From the NCBI GenBank assembly GCA_963709405.1, contig CAVPXM010000055.1, positions 64,001 to 128,000 on the forward strand: DNA of 64,000 nt. Direction: 5' to 3'. This DNA comes from an uncultured Nitrososphaerales archaeon. GTDB lineage: Archaea; Thermoproteota; Nitrososphaeria; Nitrososphaerales; Nitrososphaeraceae. This document shows positions 31,153 to 43,092 of the stretch, in pieces (within the stretch, counting starts at the first letter, position 1; each line of letters begins with the position of its first letter). Both the position numbers and the translations under genes were made by a program. The notes beneath the pieces were generated by a model, which had not been told where the DNA came from, searched no databases, and was given only the letters and a program-made list of their open reading frames with translations.

Positions 31153-33354
31153 ATGTCTGTCATAAGTAAGAGTGAAGCTAAATACCTAAGAAAAAGCTTA
31201 GGACGTGAACCGAGTAGTTTTGAACTAGACGTGCTTAGCGCTGAATGGTCAGAACACTGCTCGTACAAATCATCTCGTAAATTCATCAGAATGCTTCCTA
31301 ATCGGAGCAGGTACGTCATACCAGGCCAGGCATCTGATGCAGCCATGCTCGATATTGGTCAAGGATATGTCCTAGTTGTGCACATTGAAAGTCACAATCA
31401 CCCCTCTGCAGTTGAGCCATATGGTGGCGCTGCCACAGGTGTGGGAGGCGTGATTAGAGATATCCTCTCACTGGGGGCTCGACCTATAGCTATCCTAAAT
31501 GCGCTTCGATTCGGGCCAGTTGATGTTGATGCTGAAAAACAAACACAAAAATCTAGATGGTTAATGCGAAATGTCGTCAGAGGGATTGCTGACTATGGGA
31601 ATTGCATTGGTGTTCCTACCGTTGGTGGAGAAGTGGAATTCGATAGTGGATTTAACAATTACTGCCTTGTTGACGTAGCTGCAGTTGGGATTGTCAAGCG
31701 TAATAAAGTTATACCGAACCGAGCTGATCGAGGAGACATAGTTCTCTTAGTGGGTGGGGCGACAGGAAGAGACGGCATCCATGGTTCGTCTTTTGCATCT
31801 AGGCAGTTAAATGTAGAAGATCGATCTGCTGTTCAAATTCCGGATCCCTTTGCAGAGAAGTTACTCATAGAAGGTGTATTAGAAGCCGTAGATAAGGGTT
31901 GCATAAAGGCCATGAAAGACCTAGGTGGTGGAGGCCTCTCATGTTGCCTGTCAGAGATCTCAGTAACGATAGCCAAAGGACTTGATGTTGACATTTCGAA
32001 GGTACACCTGAAGGAACGTGGAATGTTGCCATCTGAAATTATGATATCGGAATCTCAGGAGAGGATGTTAGTCATTACTGATCAAGTCAAGCTAGCAAGT
32101 CTAACAGCAGTTCTTGATAAGTATGGTACACGTTACTCAATTATAGGGACTGTAAAGGGGAATAGAAACCTAATCATCAGGGTCAAAGGAAAGATAATTA
32201 TGAATATGACCTCCTCTTTTATCTGTCATGCCCCACAAATTAATAGAAAATCTTTAAAACCGAAAATTCAGAGGGACGTTACTATTCACGATTCCCACAA
32301 AAGTCCTATCGATCTCGCAAAGAGTATCCTTCATCTCCTGTCTAATCCCAGTATTGCAAGTAAAGAGTGGATCTACCAGCAGTATGACCATGAGGTTGGT
32401 ATTAGAACGGTTTTGAAGCCAGGAAAGGCCGATTCGAGTGTTCTAAGTTTAGAGAACGGCAAATTCTTGGCAATAAATCTGGATGGTAATTCCAAACAAT
32501 GTAATTTAGATTCATATCAAGGTACCTTAAATGTTCTGTCGGAAGCATGCAGAAATGTTGTATGCACAGGTGGTTATCCAATAGCAATCTTTGATCATCT
32601 TCAGTTCGGAAGCCCCGAAAAGCCAGACATCTTTTGGACCTTCAAACAGACCATCCAGGCAATTATTGATTTTTGTGATTTCATGGCTCTGCCAGTAATA
32701 GGTGGAAAGGTTAGCTTTTATAACGAGACTCCGGAAGGCCCCATCAAACCTTCACCAGTGATCGGCGCCATCGGTCTGATAGATCAGGCAGAATTGATAA
32801 CGCAACCAGGTTTGCAATCTAATAATTCTCTCTTTATAATTGGGAACACAAAGGATGAACTGGGGGGCTCAGAATATTTTCAAACAATAAGGAATATGAC
32901 TGGAGGAAGAGTACCTAAGGTAGATTTCGAGGTAGACAAGCGGAATACTAGAGCTGTTTCAAAACTAATCCGTCGTAATGTTGTGACATCCCTCCATGAC
33001 TGTTCAAAAGGAGGGTTAGCTATAGCACTTTGCGAAATGGCTATAGCTGGAGAGACTGGCTTTGACGTCTCTTTGGACAAGATCCCTAATTCTTGCTCTA
33101 GCATAGAGAATCTACTGTTCTCAGAATCTGCTTCCAGATACATACTGGGAACCGACGATCCAGACAAGGTCCAAAAGCTACTCTCTGCAATTGACGGAAT
33201 AGAATACTCCGAAATAGGCTCATCTACTGGTAAAGGAGCCGATGCCATACTGTACTCTCGAAAAATGACGGTACCTGTAACGCTATCTTATGAAAATCTA
33301 GTACGAAGATATGGGATATTGGAAGCTATTATGGAACAGAATTTTAAAGATTGA
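31153..33354 (+). CDS. purL: FGAM synthase subunit PurL
   Basis: WSEHCSYKS, ESHNHPS, GGKVSFYN. Confidence 0.96.
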   Translation: MSVISKSEAKYLRKSLGREPSSFELDVLSAEWSEHCSYKSSRKFIRMLPNRSRYVIPGQASDAAMLDIGQGYVLVVHIESHNHPSAVEPYGGAATGVGGVIRDILSLGARPIAILNALRFGPVDVDAEKQTQKSRWLMRNVVRGIADYGNCIGVPTVGGEVEFDSGFNNYCLVDVAAVGIVKRNKVIPNRADRGDIVLLVGGATGRDGIHGSSFASRQLNVEDRSAVQIPDPFAEKLLIEGVLEAVDKGCIKAMKDLGGGGLSCCLSEISVTIAKGLDVDISKVHLKERGMLPSEIMISESQERMLVITDQVKLASLTAVLDKYGTRYSIIGTVKGNRNLIIRVKGKIIMNMTSSFICHAPQINRKSLKPKIQRDVTIHDSHKSPIDLAKSILHLLSNPSIASKEWIYQQYDHEVGIRTVLKPGKADSSVLSLENGKFLAINLDGNSKQCNLDSYQGTLNVLSEACRNVVCTGGYPIAIFDHLQFGSPEKPDIFWTFKQTIQAIIDFCDFMALPVIGGKVSFYNETPEGPIKPSPVIGAIGLIDQAELITQPGLQSNNSLFIIGNTKDELGGSEYFQTIRNMTGGRVPKVDFEVDKRNTRAVSKLIRRNVVTSLHDCSKGGLAIALCEMAIAGETGFDVSLDKIPNSCSSIENLLFSESASRYILGTDDPDKVQKLLSAIDGIEYSEIGSSTGKGADAILYSRKMTVPVTLSYENLVRRYGILEAIMEQNFKD

Positions 33355-33576
33355 CATCAAATTGCAGAAGGATTTGGATCTGCCGCAACCGTGATAGTGA
33401 AGTGAGAATTGCTGTGGTCTAGTCTGCACAGTCACTGAATTCGACACATTTTTTAGTGGATTCAGATAAATAAATGTACATTTGGAAACCAGTGGTTTAC
33501 GAATTGATTTATTTATACGTACTGGTACTATTTTAGGCGTTTATTTAGGATTAAGCAATGTTACGTGGATGCGATA

Positions 33577-35012
33577 ATGGTACGCGAGAATTCGGCGTAT
33601 TTGGCGCGTTTTCAACAAACGGCAATAATGTGATACCCTTTGTCATAGATTGCCTTAGAGCTTTACAACACCGGGGTCAAGAGGCTTGGGGTATCGCTAT
33701 TCCTCGTAGAATGCCGTTCAAGAGATTGGGTCTGGTCTCTGCATCAGGTCCTGAGTTTAAGAGTATTTCCAAAAAATATAGATCTGACGTTGCTATCGGC
33801 CATGTTAGATACTCTACCTTTGGTAAGAGTACCCTAAGTAATGCTCAACCTATTAAGGTGAAGGATCTCTGTATAGCTCATAATGGTACGATAGCAAATG
33901 TAGAAGAAATGTCTGGTATGGTTGGAGGATGTACCTTCACACCTCACACAATGAGCGACACCCTCGTTGCTGCGCAGAGACTCATAATGCACCTGGATAA
34001 TAATCATAGTATGAAGGATTCCATTTCCATTTTAAAGAGCGAGATGGTGGGCTCATTTTGTTTTATGTTTCTGACTGACGATGGTTCAGTTTATGCCGCA
34101 AGGGATCCTAGAGGTTTCAGACCATTGGTCCTTGGAACTCATGTAGAAACGAACACATTCATGGTTGCTTCAGAGTCGTGTGCTTTTTCAGCAGTTGGAG
34201 CGAACTTAATAAGAGATGTTGAACCAGGAGAAATTATCAAGCTAGATAGATATGGGATTAAAAGTGAACACTTTGCGGATGAATCTCATTCACATTGCGC
34301 TTTCGAATTTACGTATTTTGCCCACCCGACCAGCATAATGGAAAGGGTCAACGTATATCTGGCTAGGAAACGGATTGGACACTTACTTGCAAAAAAATAC
34401 CCGATTTTGGATGCAGATTTGGTAATCCCAGTACCTGATTCCGCTAGGCCAGCGGCTCTAGGATACTCAGAAGCACTTGGTTTACCAATCGAGGAGGGAC
34501 TATTAAAAAACAGATATAGTAAGAAGGGCTCTATGCGTAGTTTCATAGAGCCTTACGGCGAAACAAGAGTAGAAATCAATAAAGGAATTATACCAATAAG
34601 AGAACTTATTCATGGGAATAAGATCGTAGTGATTGACGATAGCATAGTTAGAGGTACCAGCTCGCATTCGATTGTAAAAATGTTACGTGGGGCTGGTGCT
34701 AAAGAAATTAGCGTGATAGTCACCTATCCACCCATTCGTTTTCCCTGCTACGCGGGCATTGATTTTCCATCGCAGGAAGAGCTCATCGCGTATCAAGAAA
34801 CCAAGAATGATAATACCATAGAAAAAATTGGATCAAATATATCGAAAATAATTGGCGCCGATTTTACAGGGTATAACGACACATCTAGCCTCGCACAGGC
34901 AATTGGAATTCCAGAAGATCAGCTTTGCTTTACTTGTTCTACCGGTGACTATTCTTCCCTAGGGATTAAGCCAATATTCCGAACTAGGAAGCAGATGAAA
35001 GGAGAAGAGTGA
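33577..35012 (+). CDS. purF: amidophosphoribosyltransferase (1-nt deletion at the catalytic Cys codon near 33592)
   Basis: QHRGQE, GHVRYST, VPDS, DDSIVRG; adding one G restores MVRENCGVFG. Confidence 0.93.
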
Positions 35013-35111
35013 ATCTTTTCGATTCTGATCATGGTGCTACGATCAAAATAGGGATTTCGAGCTCACCTGTGAAAAGGCCTAACCTGTCCAAGATATCCGA
35101 ATTAAATCAAA

Positions 35112-35603
35112 TCAATTTTTTCTTTCGACATCCCTAGCGCCTTGCAATACCTTATGCTCAGTATCTTCTCTATATTTGCGAAGCTTGGATGACAACTCTT
35201 CATCACTGATCGCCAAGATCTGGCAAGCCAATATGGCAGCGTTCTTGGAACCATTGATTGCTACCGTAGCCACAGGAACTCCAAATGGCATCTGAACGAT
35301 TGAGAGTAAGGAATCTATGCCCTCAAGGGAAATCCTGATTGGCACTCCAATGACAGGTATAGTTGTTAATGAAGCTAGCATCCCTGGCAAATGAGCTGCA
35401 CCGCCGGCTCCAGCGATGATGACCCTAATCCCGCGAGTCCCACAAGTCCGGCCATATTCAATCATCTTATCTACGGTCCTATGGGCAGAAACGATTTTAA
35501 GCTCATATCTTACATCAAAGAGCTTCAGGACTTCAGCGGCTCCAAGCATGACATTGAGATCAGATTCGCTTCCCATCAAAATACCTACAACATTTTCTGT
35601 CAA
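35112..35603 (-). CDS. purE: N5-CAIR mutase
   Basis: [20 protein letters not shown]. Confidence 0.96.
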   Translation of the reverse strand: MTENVVGILMGSESDLNVMLGAAEVLKLFDVRYELKIVSAHRTVDKMIEYGRTCGTRGIRVIIAGAGGAAHLPGMLASLTTIPVIGVPIRISLEGIDSLLSIVQMPFGVPVATVAINGSKNAAILACQILAISDEELSSKLRKYREDTEHKVLQGARDVERKN

Positions 35604-35615
35604 CTCAATTCGCCT

Positions 35616-36791
35616 CTAATTTGCTTGAATTATCTTCAAAGATCTGTTAGCAAGCTCTGCTCTCCGCATAGATTGTATTAATGAGTTAGCCACGGCAGTG
35701 ATATGTCCGAGCTTCCTCCGAGGTTTGGTTATCATCTTACCGTAGAGATGAAGTTTTACCCCCGGTATGGAGAGAAGTGTTGTCAGTCCTGTCAGAGCAT
35801 ATGACCCTTGAAATTCGTTTGGTCCTAATACATTGTACATAGTTGCGGGTGACAATAATTCTGGTTTGCAGAGAGGAAGGTCCAAGACCGCTCGCAAATG
35901 TTGTTCGAATTGTGATACCGAAGAGGCCTCGATAGTATAATGTCCTGAATTGTGCGGACGAGGTGCAATCTCGTTCAACATCACCTTTTCATCAGCCGTT
36001 ACAAACATCTCTATACCAAAAATGCCTGTGGTTTTGAAAGCACGCATCACTTCACAGGCAATTTTTGTTGCCTTTCTCTTGATGTTGTTTGAAACCCTAG
36101 CAGGCACAATAGTCCGGTCCAATATTCCTTGCTTATGAAAGTTTTCCGCGACAGGAAAACTTTCTATCTGTCCACTTCCATTTCTAGCAACCATTATAGA
36201 TATCTCCTTTTCAAACTCCACGAACCTTTCAAGCATACATTGTCTGCCGGCAAAATACTTGAATGCGTCATGAATTTGATCGAGAGAGTTTATGAAATAG
36301 TTTCCCTTTCCATCATATCCATCTTCGCACGCCTTCAGAATTACCGGTAACCCATACGTCCTTGATCCACGGATCAGATCCTCTTCTGAGTTAATAATGG
36401 TAAAATTTGCAACAGGAATTTTATTTTTCTTCATAAAACTCTTTTGTCTATACTTATTTTGTATAATATAGAGCGTCTCCGGTGAAGGATATATTTTGTA
36501 ATTCCTGGATCTCAGATCCATCAACACAGCAGAATTAGTAAGCTCAATTTCATAAGTCAGCAGGTCGGATTTACTTGCCAATAATTTGATAGATTTGTCA
36601 TTTTTGAAATCGGAAACTATTAGCTCATCGCAAACTTTTGAGGCTGGGCAATTTGGGTCTGGATCTAAGATTACTACTTTAAGTGACATTCGTTTTGCCT
36701 CCTGCGACAACATTTTTCCAAGCTGTCCTCCGCCTATTATTCCTACGGAAGGCGGATCTGCCAGACTGAATCCTCCCTTTACCAAATGCAT
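35616..36791 (-). CDS. purK: N5-CAIR synthetase
   Basis: GGGQLG, GYDGKG, NEIAPRPHNSGH, RKLGH. Confidence 0.95.
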   Translation of the reverse strand: MHLVKGGFSLADPPSVGIIGGGQLGKMLSQEAKRMSLKVVILDPDPNCPASKVCDELIVSDFKNDKSIKLLASKSDLLTYEIELTNSAVLMDLRSRNYKIYPSPETLYIIQNKYRQKSFMKKNKIPVANFTIINSEEDLIRGSRTYGLPVILKACEDGYDGKGNYFINSLDQIHDAFKYFAGRQCMLERFVEFEKEISIMVARNGSGQIESFPVAENFHKQGILDRTIVPARVSNNIKRKATKIACEVMRAFKTTGIFGIEMFVTADEKVMLNEIAPRPHNSGHYTIEASSVSQFEQHLRAVLDLPLCKPELLSPATMYNVLGPNEFQGSYALTGLTTLLSIPGVKLHLYGKMITKPRRKLGHITAVANSLIQSMRRAELANRSLKIIQAN

Positions 36792-36854
36792 CTAATTGAT
36801 AATCGTCTGGCTAAATCAAATTAATAGTATTCGCATTATCGAACGACCTGCAAC

Positions 36855-37356
36855 ATGAATATATTACTAACATTAAATATTGATACATCTTTTATTTGCA
36901 CATACATTGCGAGCATTCATAAAAATCCAAATATACCTCTCAATCAAAGAGACCTATTGAAAGACATCTTTCAGCGATTTTGCGACAAGATCATACAGCT
37001 GGATAAATCTATTCGATTTGCAGGGCTTGCCGACGATCAGGGCGTATTATTAGGCGTTGCAGAAAGAGAGGGTCTAAAACCACTTTTAACTCCTGAACAG
37101 AGAGCTCAGTATGCTATCACTGGCAGCGACCAGGCAATACACTAGACTAAGGTGGCAATACCATCTTGGAAAGATCCATTATGCAAGCTCTCACTACTCT
37201 AAACTTGCAAGAGCGACCATTCCTATAACCGACTCTAACAACACACTAAAGTATGTATTATTACTTTCATTCGACGCTAAAACTGAAAATATACACGAAA
37301 TCATATCAGGTAAGATAATTCCAGAAGTGAAAAAGACTGGTAATGAGCTATCGTGA
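36855..37356 (+). CDS. roadblock-like (DUF6659-type) protein, frameshift near 37122
   Basis: IRFAG..D, REGLKPLL; removing one G joins AITAATRQYTRLRW; start uncertain. Confidence 0.6.
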
Positions 37357-37430
37357 AATATTGCTCAATTCCTAGGAGATGCGACCCAACCTTGCATCTA
37401 TAACTTTGTTTATAATGGTAAAGGCCAGAA

Positions 37431-38189
37431 TTACTGTTTGGCGGAGATGCCCCCATCCACGGTAATGACTGTTCCGGTAATCCACTTGGCATCTTGAGAA
37501 CAAAGATAGCTGACTGCCCCCGAGATGTCTTCTGGTTCCCCTATGCGTTGCAAAGGGAAAGATGACTCAAGCATCTGTCTTGCATTGTCGTCTTGGAGGT
37601 AAGGCTCGATTACAGGACTTTTAATTGTAGAGGGTGCAATGCAATTACATCTGATGCCATACTGACCATACTCAACTGCTATGCTCTTTGTCAACATAAT
37701 CACCCCTGCTTTCGTTACACCATAGACGGATAGTGGAACATTCGGTATAGACCTAATCCCAAGTAGAGACGAGATATTTATAATATTGCCTGCCTTTTTT
37801 TCAATCATGATAGGTAAAACAGATTTTATGGGCCTGAAAGTCCCGATGAGATTTACGTCGATCAGCATGTTCCATTGATCATCGTTCATTAGATGAAATG
37901 GAGTAGGATCGTTAATTGCGCCTACACTATTTACCAAAATATCAATAGTGTCAAATTTCGATATAGTTTGATCAATAGCACTCAAGACCTCAGCTTCTTT
38001 TGTAATATCAGTACGTATGGCTAACACTTCTCTCTTGTTACCAAGGCCAGCGCTAATCTCGGCAAGCTTAGTCCTGTCTCTTCCAATCAACACAACTTTG
38101 CATCCCTCTGAAAGCAATCTCTTAGCGGTAACTCTACCAACCCCTCCCGTAGCTCCAGTAATGATAGCGACCTTCCCCCTTAGTTTCAT
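37431..38189 (-). CDS. short-chain dehydrogenase/reductase
   Basis: TGATGGVG, YGVTK, DGG. Confidence 0.9.
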   Translation of the reverse strand: MKLRGKVAIITGATGGVGRVTAKRLLSEGCKVVLIGRDRTKLAEISAGLGNKREVLAIRTDITKEAEVLSAIDQTISKFDTIDILVNSVGAINDPTPFHLMNDDQWNMLIDVNLIGTFRPIKSVLPIMIEKKAGNIINISSLLGIRSIPNVPLSVYGVTKAGVIMLTKSIAVEYGQYGIRCNCIAPSTIKSPVIEPYLQDDNARQMLESSFPLQRIGEPEDISGAVSYLCSQDAKWITGTVITVDGGISAKQ

Positions 38190-38429
38190 ACTTGGTACAA
38201 CCTATTGCCTTTTTAAAGTACTTTTCGCATTCTGTCATACTCGACAATAAATAAATGATATTCTGACCAGTGAATCTAATACAGACATTAGCGTCTCGTC
38301 AGCACTACACTTGTAAGGATTTCATTTACTAATCAATCGCCAAAGAATAAAAATACCTGAAAAGGATCAGTCGGATTTGCTACAAGTTAGTAAAAGATAC
38401 TTTAAGCTGTAAATCTAATTCAGGATTAG

Positions 38430-40253
38430 TTGGAATCCAAAAAGTTCGTGGTAGATACGAGCATAATCATAGATGGGGAAATAACAAGGATGCTCGAGCT
38501 TGAAAAGATCCGAACTGGCAGTGAAATAATCATACCCATAGCAGTTTTAGATGAGCTACAATCACAAGCGTCAGTCAATAAAGAACATGGCTTTGTGGGT
38601 CTAGAAGAAATTAGAAGAATTAGAGATCTTTGCTTTAAAAAGGAAATAATTCTCAATTTCATTGGCGAACGGCCTGGTTTAGAAGATATTAGATTAGCCA
38701 GACGTGGTAGAATTGATGCCATTATCAAAGATATCGCCTTAGCCGAAAATGCCACACTTGTAACTGCTGATCGAGTTCAATCGTTAGTTGCGGAAGCTCA
38801 GGGCGTGGATTCCATGTATATATCAAAGCCTCCTAAGGTATCAAATCTTTCGTTTGAAGATTACTTTGATGAAAATACGATGAGCGTCCACATAAAGGAG
38901 GGTGTTTGTCCGCTTGCCAAGAAGGGAATACCAGGCGAGTCCAAACTCATAAGGCTTAGGCAGGCTGCTACCTCACGGAAAGAAATTTCTGCTATTATAA
39001 CTGAAATTAGTGAAGCTTCACGAGTGAGTGGCTTTGGAACAGTCGAGATCAGTAGGAGCGGTGCAACGGTCATACAGTATGGTAAGTATCGGATTTCAAT
39101 TACTAGGCCACCATTCTCTGACGCTATCGAGGTAACAATAGTACAACCAATAGTCAAATTGTCCTTAAGTGATTATTCCATCTCAAAGAAGCTAACTGAG
39201 AAATTGTCAAATGGCGCCGAAGGTATCATTATATCTGGTCCTCCCGGATCAGGTAAGAGCACTTTTGCCAGTAGCTTGGCTAACTTTTACGTACTGAATG
39301 AGAAAATAGTTAAAACCTTTGAATCTCCACGAGATTTGCAGGTGCCGGCTGAGGTCACTCAATATGGACCGTTGGAAGGAAGTTTTGATAAAGCAATTGA
39401 CATCCTCTTGCTTGTAAGACCAGATTACACTATATTTGATGAAGTTAGAAGGGCTCCAGACTTTAGGGTATTTTCAGACATGAGATTAGCAGGAGTTGGA
39501 ATGGTAGGCGTTGTACACGCTAGCAGCCCACTTGACGCAATTCAGAGGTTTATAGGGAGGGTCGAATTAGGTATGATACCACATATCCTAGACACAATAA
39601 TATTCATTAAAGGAGGAAAAATTCAAAAGGTATATGAAATAAAGCTGACCGTAAAGGTACCGAGCGGAATGGCTGAAGCGGATCTTGCAAGACCGCTGGT
39701 TGAAGTACGAGACTTCGAATCCGGGGAAGTTGAATATGAAATTTATACTTATGGTGAGGAAAATGTCGTAGTACCTGTAACTGAATCAAAGTCGACTATT
39801 TCAGATAATCCGATGTTTAGATTGGCTGAATCTCGAATTAAGGATATAATAAGAAGGTTTGATCCCGAAGCGACTGTAAGCATTATTTCCAACAATCGCG
39901 CGCAAATCTTAGTCAGTAAGAATGTTGTTCCACGGATTATTGGTAAGGGTGGATCTACCGTTTCTGAGCTAGAAAAAATTCTCGGGATAAAGCTTGATGT
40001 TGATGTAAGAGATACCTTCACAGAGCAAGAAATAGACTTCGAATTAGACGAAATTGGTTCGTCAATTACAATTTATTTGCCTGATTCATTGATTGGTAAG
40101 ATGGTGGAAATTCATATTGATAATGAATACGCATTTAGTAGCCAGGTGGGAAAGAAGGCAAGAATCAAAATTGACAAAGGAACTGACAATGGAAAACGTC
40201 TGATCAACGCCTCTCGCGAAGCGCAAAAAATAAAGATATTTCGTTCAAAATAA
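38430..40253 (+). CDS. PINA-family ATPase (PIN + ATPase + KH)
   Basis: VVDTS PIN, GPPGSGKST, DEVR, IIGKGG KH. Confidence 0.92.
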   Translation: MESKKFVVDTSIIIDGEITRMLELEKIRTGSEIIIPIAVLDELQSQASVNKEHGFVGLEEIRRIRDLCFKKEIILNFIGERPGLEDIRLARRGRIDAIIKDIALAENATLVTADRVQSLVAEAQGVDSMYISKPPKVSNLSFEDYFDENTMSVHIKEGVCPLAKKGIPGESKLIRLRQAATSRKEISAIITEISEASRVSGFGTVEISRSGATVIQYGKYRISITRPPFSDAIEVTIVQPIVKLSLSDYSISKKLTEKLSNGAEGIIISGPPGSGKSTFASSLANFYVLNEKIVKTFESPRDLQVPAEVTQYGPLEGSFDKAIDILLLVRPDYTIFDEVRRAPDFRVFSDMRLAGVGMVGVVHASSPLDAIQRFIGRVELGMIPHILDTIIFIKGGKIQKVYEIKLTVKVPSGMAEADLARPLVEVRDFESGEVEYEIYTYGEENVVVPVTESKSTISDNPMFRLAESRIKDIIRRFDPEATVSIISNNRAQILVSKNVVPRIIGKGGSTVSELEKILGIKLDVDVRDTFTEQEIDFELDEIGSSITIYLPDSLIGKMVEIHIDNEYAFSSQVGKKARIKIDKGTDNGKRLINASREAQKIKIFRSK

Positions 40254-40381
40254 TGGTTGTTCATGTTTGAAATATTGATGCTTACTTTTTCCTTATTTGG
40301 CAATATCAGAAATGTTAATTCTCATGGAAGACAGGCTTGGTCTAGGGCCAATTATCTGGATCATATAGGTAACGTGAGTTA

Positions 40382-41716
40382 ATGAAAATTGCATTAACAA
40401 TTGCAGGGAGCGATACCTCGGCAGGAGCAGGAATTCAAGCAGATCTCAAGACCTTTTTATCATTGGGAGTATATGGATGCACAGCTATCACGACGATAAC
40501 ATCTCAAAATAGCACTGGCATTTCAGGAATATTAGAGATACCTCCAAATATGATTGAAAGGCAAATTTTGGGAATACTGGACGATATCAAACCTGACGCA
40601 ATTAAAATAGGCATGATGTACGGCAAGAACGCGATCATTTCAGTCAGCAAGGTCTTGAAGGATTCTAAAATTCCTATGATATTGGATCCACTCATGATCG
40701 CAGGAACAGGAGAACGGCTTTTACATCCTGATGCAATCGCTGCACTGTGTTCTCATCTTTTACCGTTATCCACAGTAGTTACGCCTAATGTTTTCGAAGC
40801 ACAAGTACTGTCAAATATAAATATTACGTCACTAAACTCTGTAATTTCGGCGGCTTTCAAGATTAAGAAGATGGGTGCTACAAACGTTGTTGTGAAAGGA
40901 GGGCATTTGTCAGGGAGATTCTCGACAGATATAATTTTGAACTCCCAAAATCAAGTATCTAAAATCTCTAATCCCAGATTAAAGTACGAGCGAATGCACG
41001 GAGGAGGATGCACGTTTTCAGCATCTTTAACTGCGTACATCGCCAAAAATTTTTCGTTTAGCGATGCTTGCAAATTAGCGAATCGATTTACTAACGAGAC
41101 ATTAAGGACTAAGCTTCTGATTGGTCAGAAGCTGATTGTCAATAACCAGATGTCAAAACTCTACGCGCTTGCTGATAGCTACGAAGTCTTTGTCCATCTG
41201 CAACGTGCTGTTGAGATGATTGAGTCGACCCCTCGTTTTGGGAGATTGATACCTGAAACTCAATCAAACATAGCATATTCTATTGCTAATCCCGATGGGA
41301 CCGATGATATCATGGCCGTCAAAGGAAGAATAATCAAAGTGGGAGACATTGCGAAACCAGCATCGGGTTTGGCATTTGGTGCCTCAAAACATGTAGCGAT
41401 GGCAATTCTAGAATATATGAATTTCATCCCCGATGTGAGATCTGCGATGAACATAAAGCATGATCCAAGAGTTATCTCACTCGGCCGAAAGATTTTTTCA
41501 ATCGCAAGTTACGATCGTATGAAGGAACCTAAGCAATTGAAGAATAAAGAGGGACTCTCGATTTCTTGGGGGATTAAGCAAGCTCTACTAAAAAATCCCA
41601 GTGCCGAGCTTATATACCACAAGGGAGATTTTGCTAAGGAACCTATGACGATGGTATTTGCACCTACACCTGTGGAAGTGGTAAAGAAGATAAAACGTAT
41701 TCTACGAGATTATTAA
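40382..41716 (+). CDS. thiD: HMP/HMP-P kinase fused to ThiN thiamine-phosphate synthase
   Basis: AGSDTSAGAGIQADLK, HGGGC; C-terminal LIPETQSN, FGASKH, KEP. Confidence 0.92.
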   Translation: MKIALTIAGSDTSAGAGIQADLKTFLSLGVYGCTAITTITSQNSTGISGILEIPPNMIERQILGILDDIKPDAIKIGMMYGKNAIISVSKVLKDSKIPMILDPLMIAGTGERLLHPDAIAALCSHLLPLSTVVTPNVFEAQVLSNINITSLNSVISAAFKIKKMGATNVVVKGGHLSGRFSTDIILNSQNQVSKISNPRLKYERMHGGGCTFSASLTAYIAKNFSFSDACKLANRFTNETLRTKLLIGQKLIVNNQMSKLYALADSYEVFVHLQRAVEMIESTPRFGRLIPETQSNIAYSIANPDGTDDIMAVKGRIIKVGDIAKPASGLAFGASKHVAMAILEYMNFIPDVRSAMNIKHDPRVISLGRKIFSIASYDRMKEPKQLKNKEGLSISWGIKQALLKNPSAELIYHKGDFAKEPMTMVFAPTPVEVVKKIKRILRDY

Positions 41717-41776
41717 GATCATTTGGTGAAAGCTTTTTATAAATAGAAGATTTCGAACATCATTGAAGCTTAGCAA

Positions 41777-42511
41777 ATGAAAGCAGCTATTCTTGCCGGA
41801 GGCCTTGGCACTAGATTGCAACCTTACACCTTTTTCATACCTAAGCCGATGTTGCCGCTTGGTAATAAGCCACTGTTAGAGCACATCATAGAATGGCTAA
41901 AGAGTAAGCGAGGTGGGAAGATCGATCATGTTGTACTATGCGTAAGCTACTTACATAGAGCAATAGAAGAGTATTTCGAGAACGGAGCTAGATTCGGTAT
42001 CGAGATTGAATATGCAAGATCAGATCGTCCCCTTGCAACTGCTGGGCAGCTGAAGACTGCAGAAAAGCACCTTCAAGATGAAAGCTTTGTGTGTGTATAT
42101 GGTGATTCCATCTATGAATTTAATCTCGATAGGATGATAATTGAGCACAATAATTCACATGCGTTCCTTTCAATGGCTTTGTTGTCATATAAGACAAAGC
42201 TAAAGTATGGTTTTATTGATATAGATTCAAGCAATTCCACGGATGGTCCTGATTGTAGGGTAACAAAATGGAGAGAAAAGCCTGAGATCACCGGCCTTAT
42301 TAATATCGGTTGTTATGTAGTTGAACCAGAGTTCTTGAAGCTAATTCCAAAATCTAGTACCTTTGGAATGGATGATGCCGTCAGAAAAGCCCTTGATGAC
42401 AACAAGATGATAAAAGGCTTCAAAACTAAGTCTGGATTTATTGATATAGGTGACAAAAGGTCTTATCTTCAAGCTTACAAAAAGTACGTAGAAAGATTAG
42501 GAAGAATATAG
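41777..42511 (+). CDS. sugar-phosphate nucleotidyltransferase
   Basis: ILAGGLGTRLQP..PKPM, YGD, EKP. Confidence 0.88.
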   Translation: MKAAILAGGLGTRLQPYTFFIPKPMLPLGNKPLLEHIIEWLKSKRGGKIDHVVLCVSYLHRAIEEYFENGARFGIEIEYARSDRPLATAGQLKTAEKHLQDESFVCVYGDSIYEFNLDRMIIEHNNSHAFLSMALLSYKTKLKYGFIDIDSSNSTDGPDCRVTKWREKPEITGLINIGCYVVEPEFLKLIPKSSTFGMDDAVRKALDDNKMIKGFKTKSGFIDIGDKRSYLQAYKKYVERLGRI

Positions 42512-42607
42512 GTCCAGGTTAGTTTGTTTCATCAAGATTTTCCGTCGAATTTTTCATGAGATGGCAATTTTGAGTAGTAGTATCTGGTGCTCAAAGGGAG
42601 AGCCTAT

Positions 42608-43054
42608 TCATTTAAGACTGATTCTATTTTTTCTTTTATCTCGAGCACTCAGGAACTGGTAGATTCCTATAAGTATTACTGCTATTCCTGCTATAAGAAA
42701 TACATAGTTTAGTGGCTCAAAGTTCGATATCATCATTCTTTCAGGTATTTTGGTAACGACAGACTTTAATGAAACGATACCACTAATAAGTATTATACCT
42801 GCCGCTAAAAGAATGAGTCCGGCATTCTTATTACGAGAACCTTTTGTCATTGCAAAAACAATACCGCATAGTACCAAAGCTGGTGCACCCGATATTGATA
42901 CGATTTGTACGATTATTGCAGTGGGATCAACAACGGTATTCGGACCATTACCATTTGGGCCTATTAAAAAATTATAGAATGACAATAGGAGAGCTACATA
43001 CATAGCGCAGAGTCCTAAGCAGGCGAAACTAAGCCAGGTCTCAAGTTTCGCCAT
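42608..43054 (-). CDS. membrane protein (4 TM)
   Basis: Hydrophobic helices. Confidence 0.65.
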   Translation of the reverse strand: MAKLETWLSFACLGLCAMYVALLLSFYNFLIGPNGNGPNTVVDPTAIIVQIVSISGAPALVLCGIVFAMTKGSRNKNAGLILLAAGIILISGIVSLKSVVTKIPERMMISNFEPLNYVFLIAGIAVILIGIYQFLSARDKRKNRISLK

Positions 43055-43092
43055 GCAATATCCTCATACTTACCATAATAAATAACATATCA

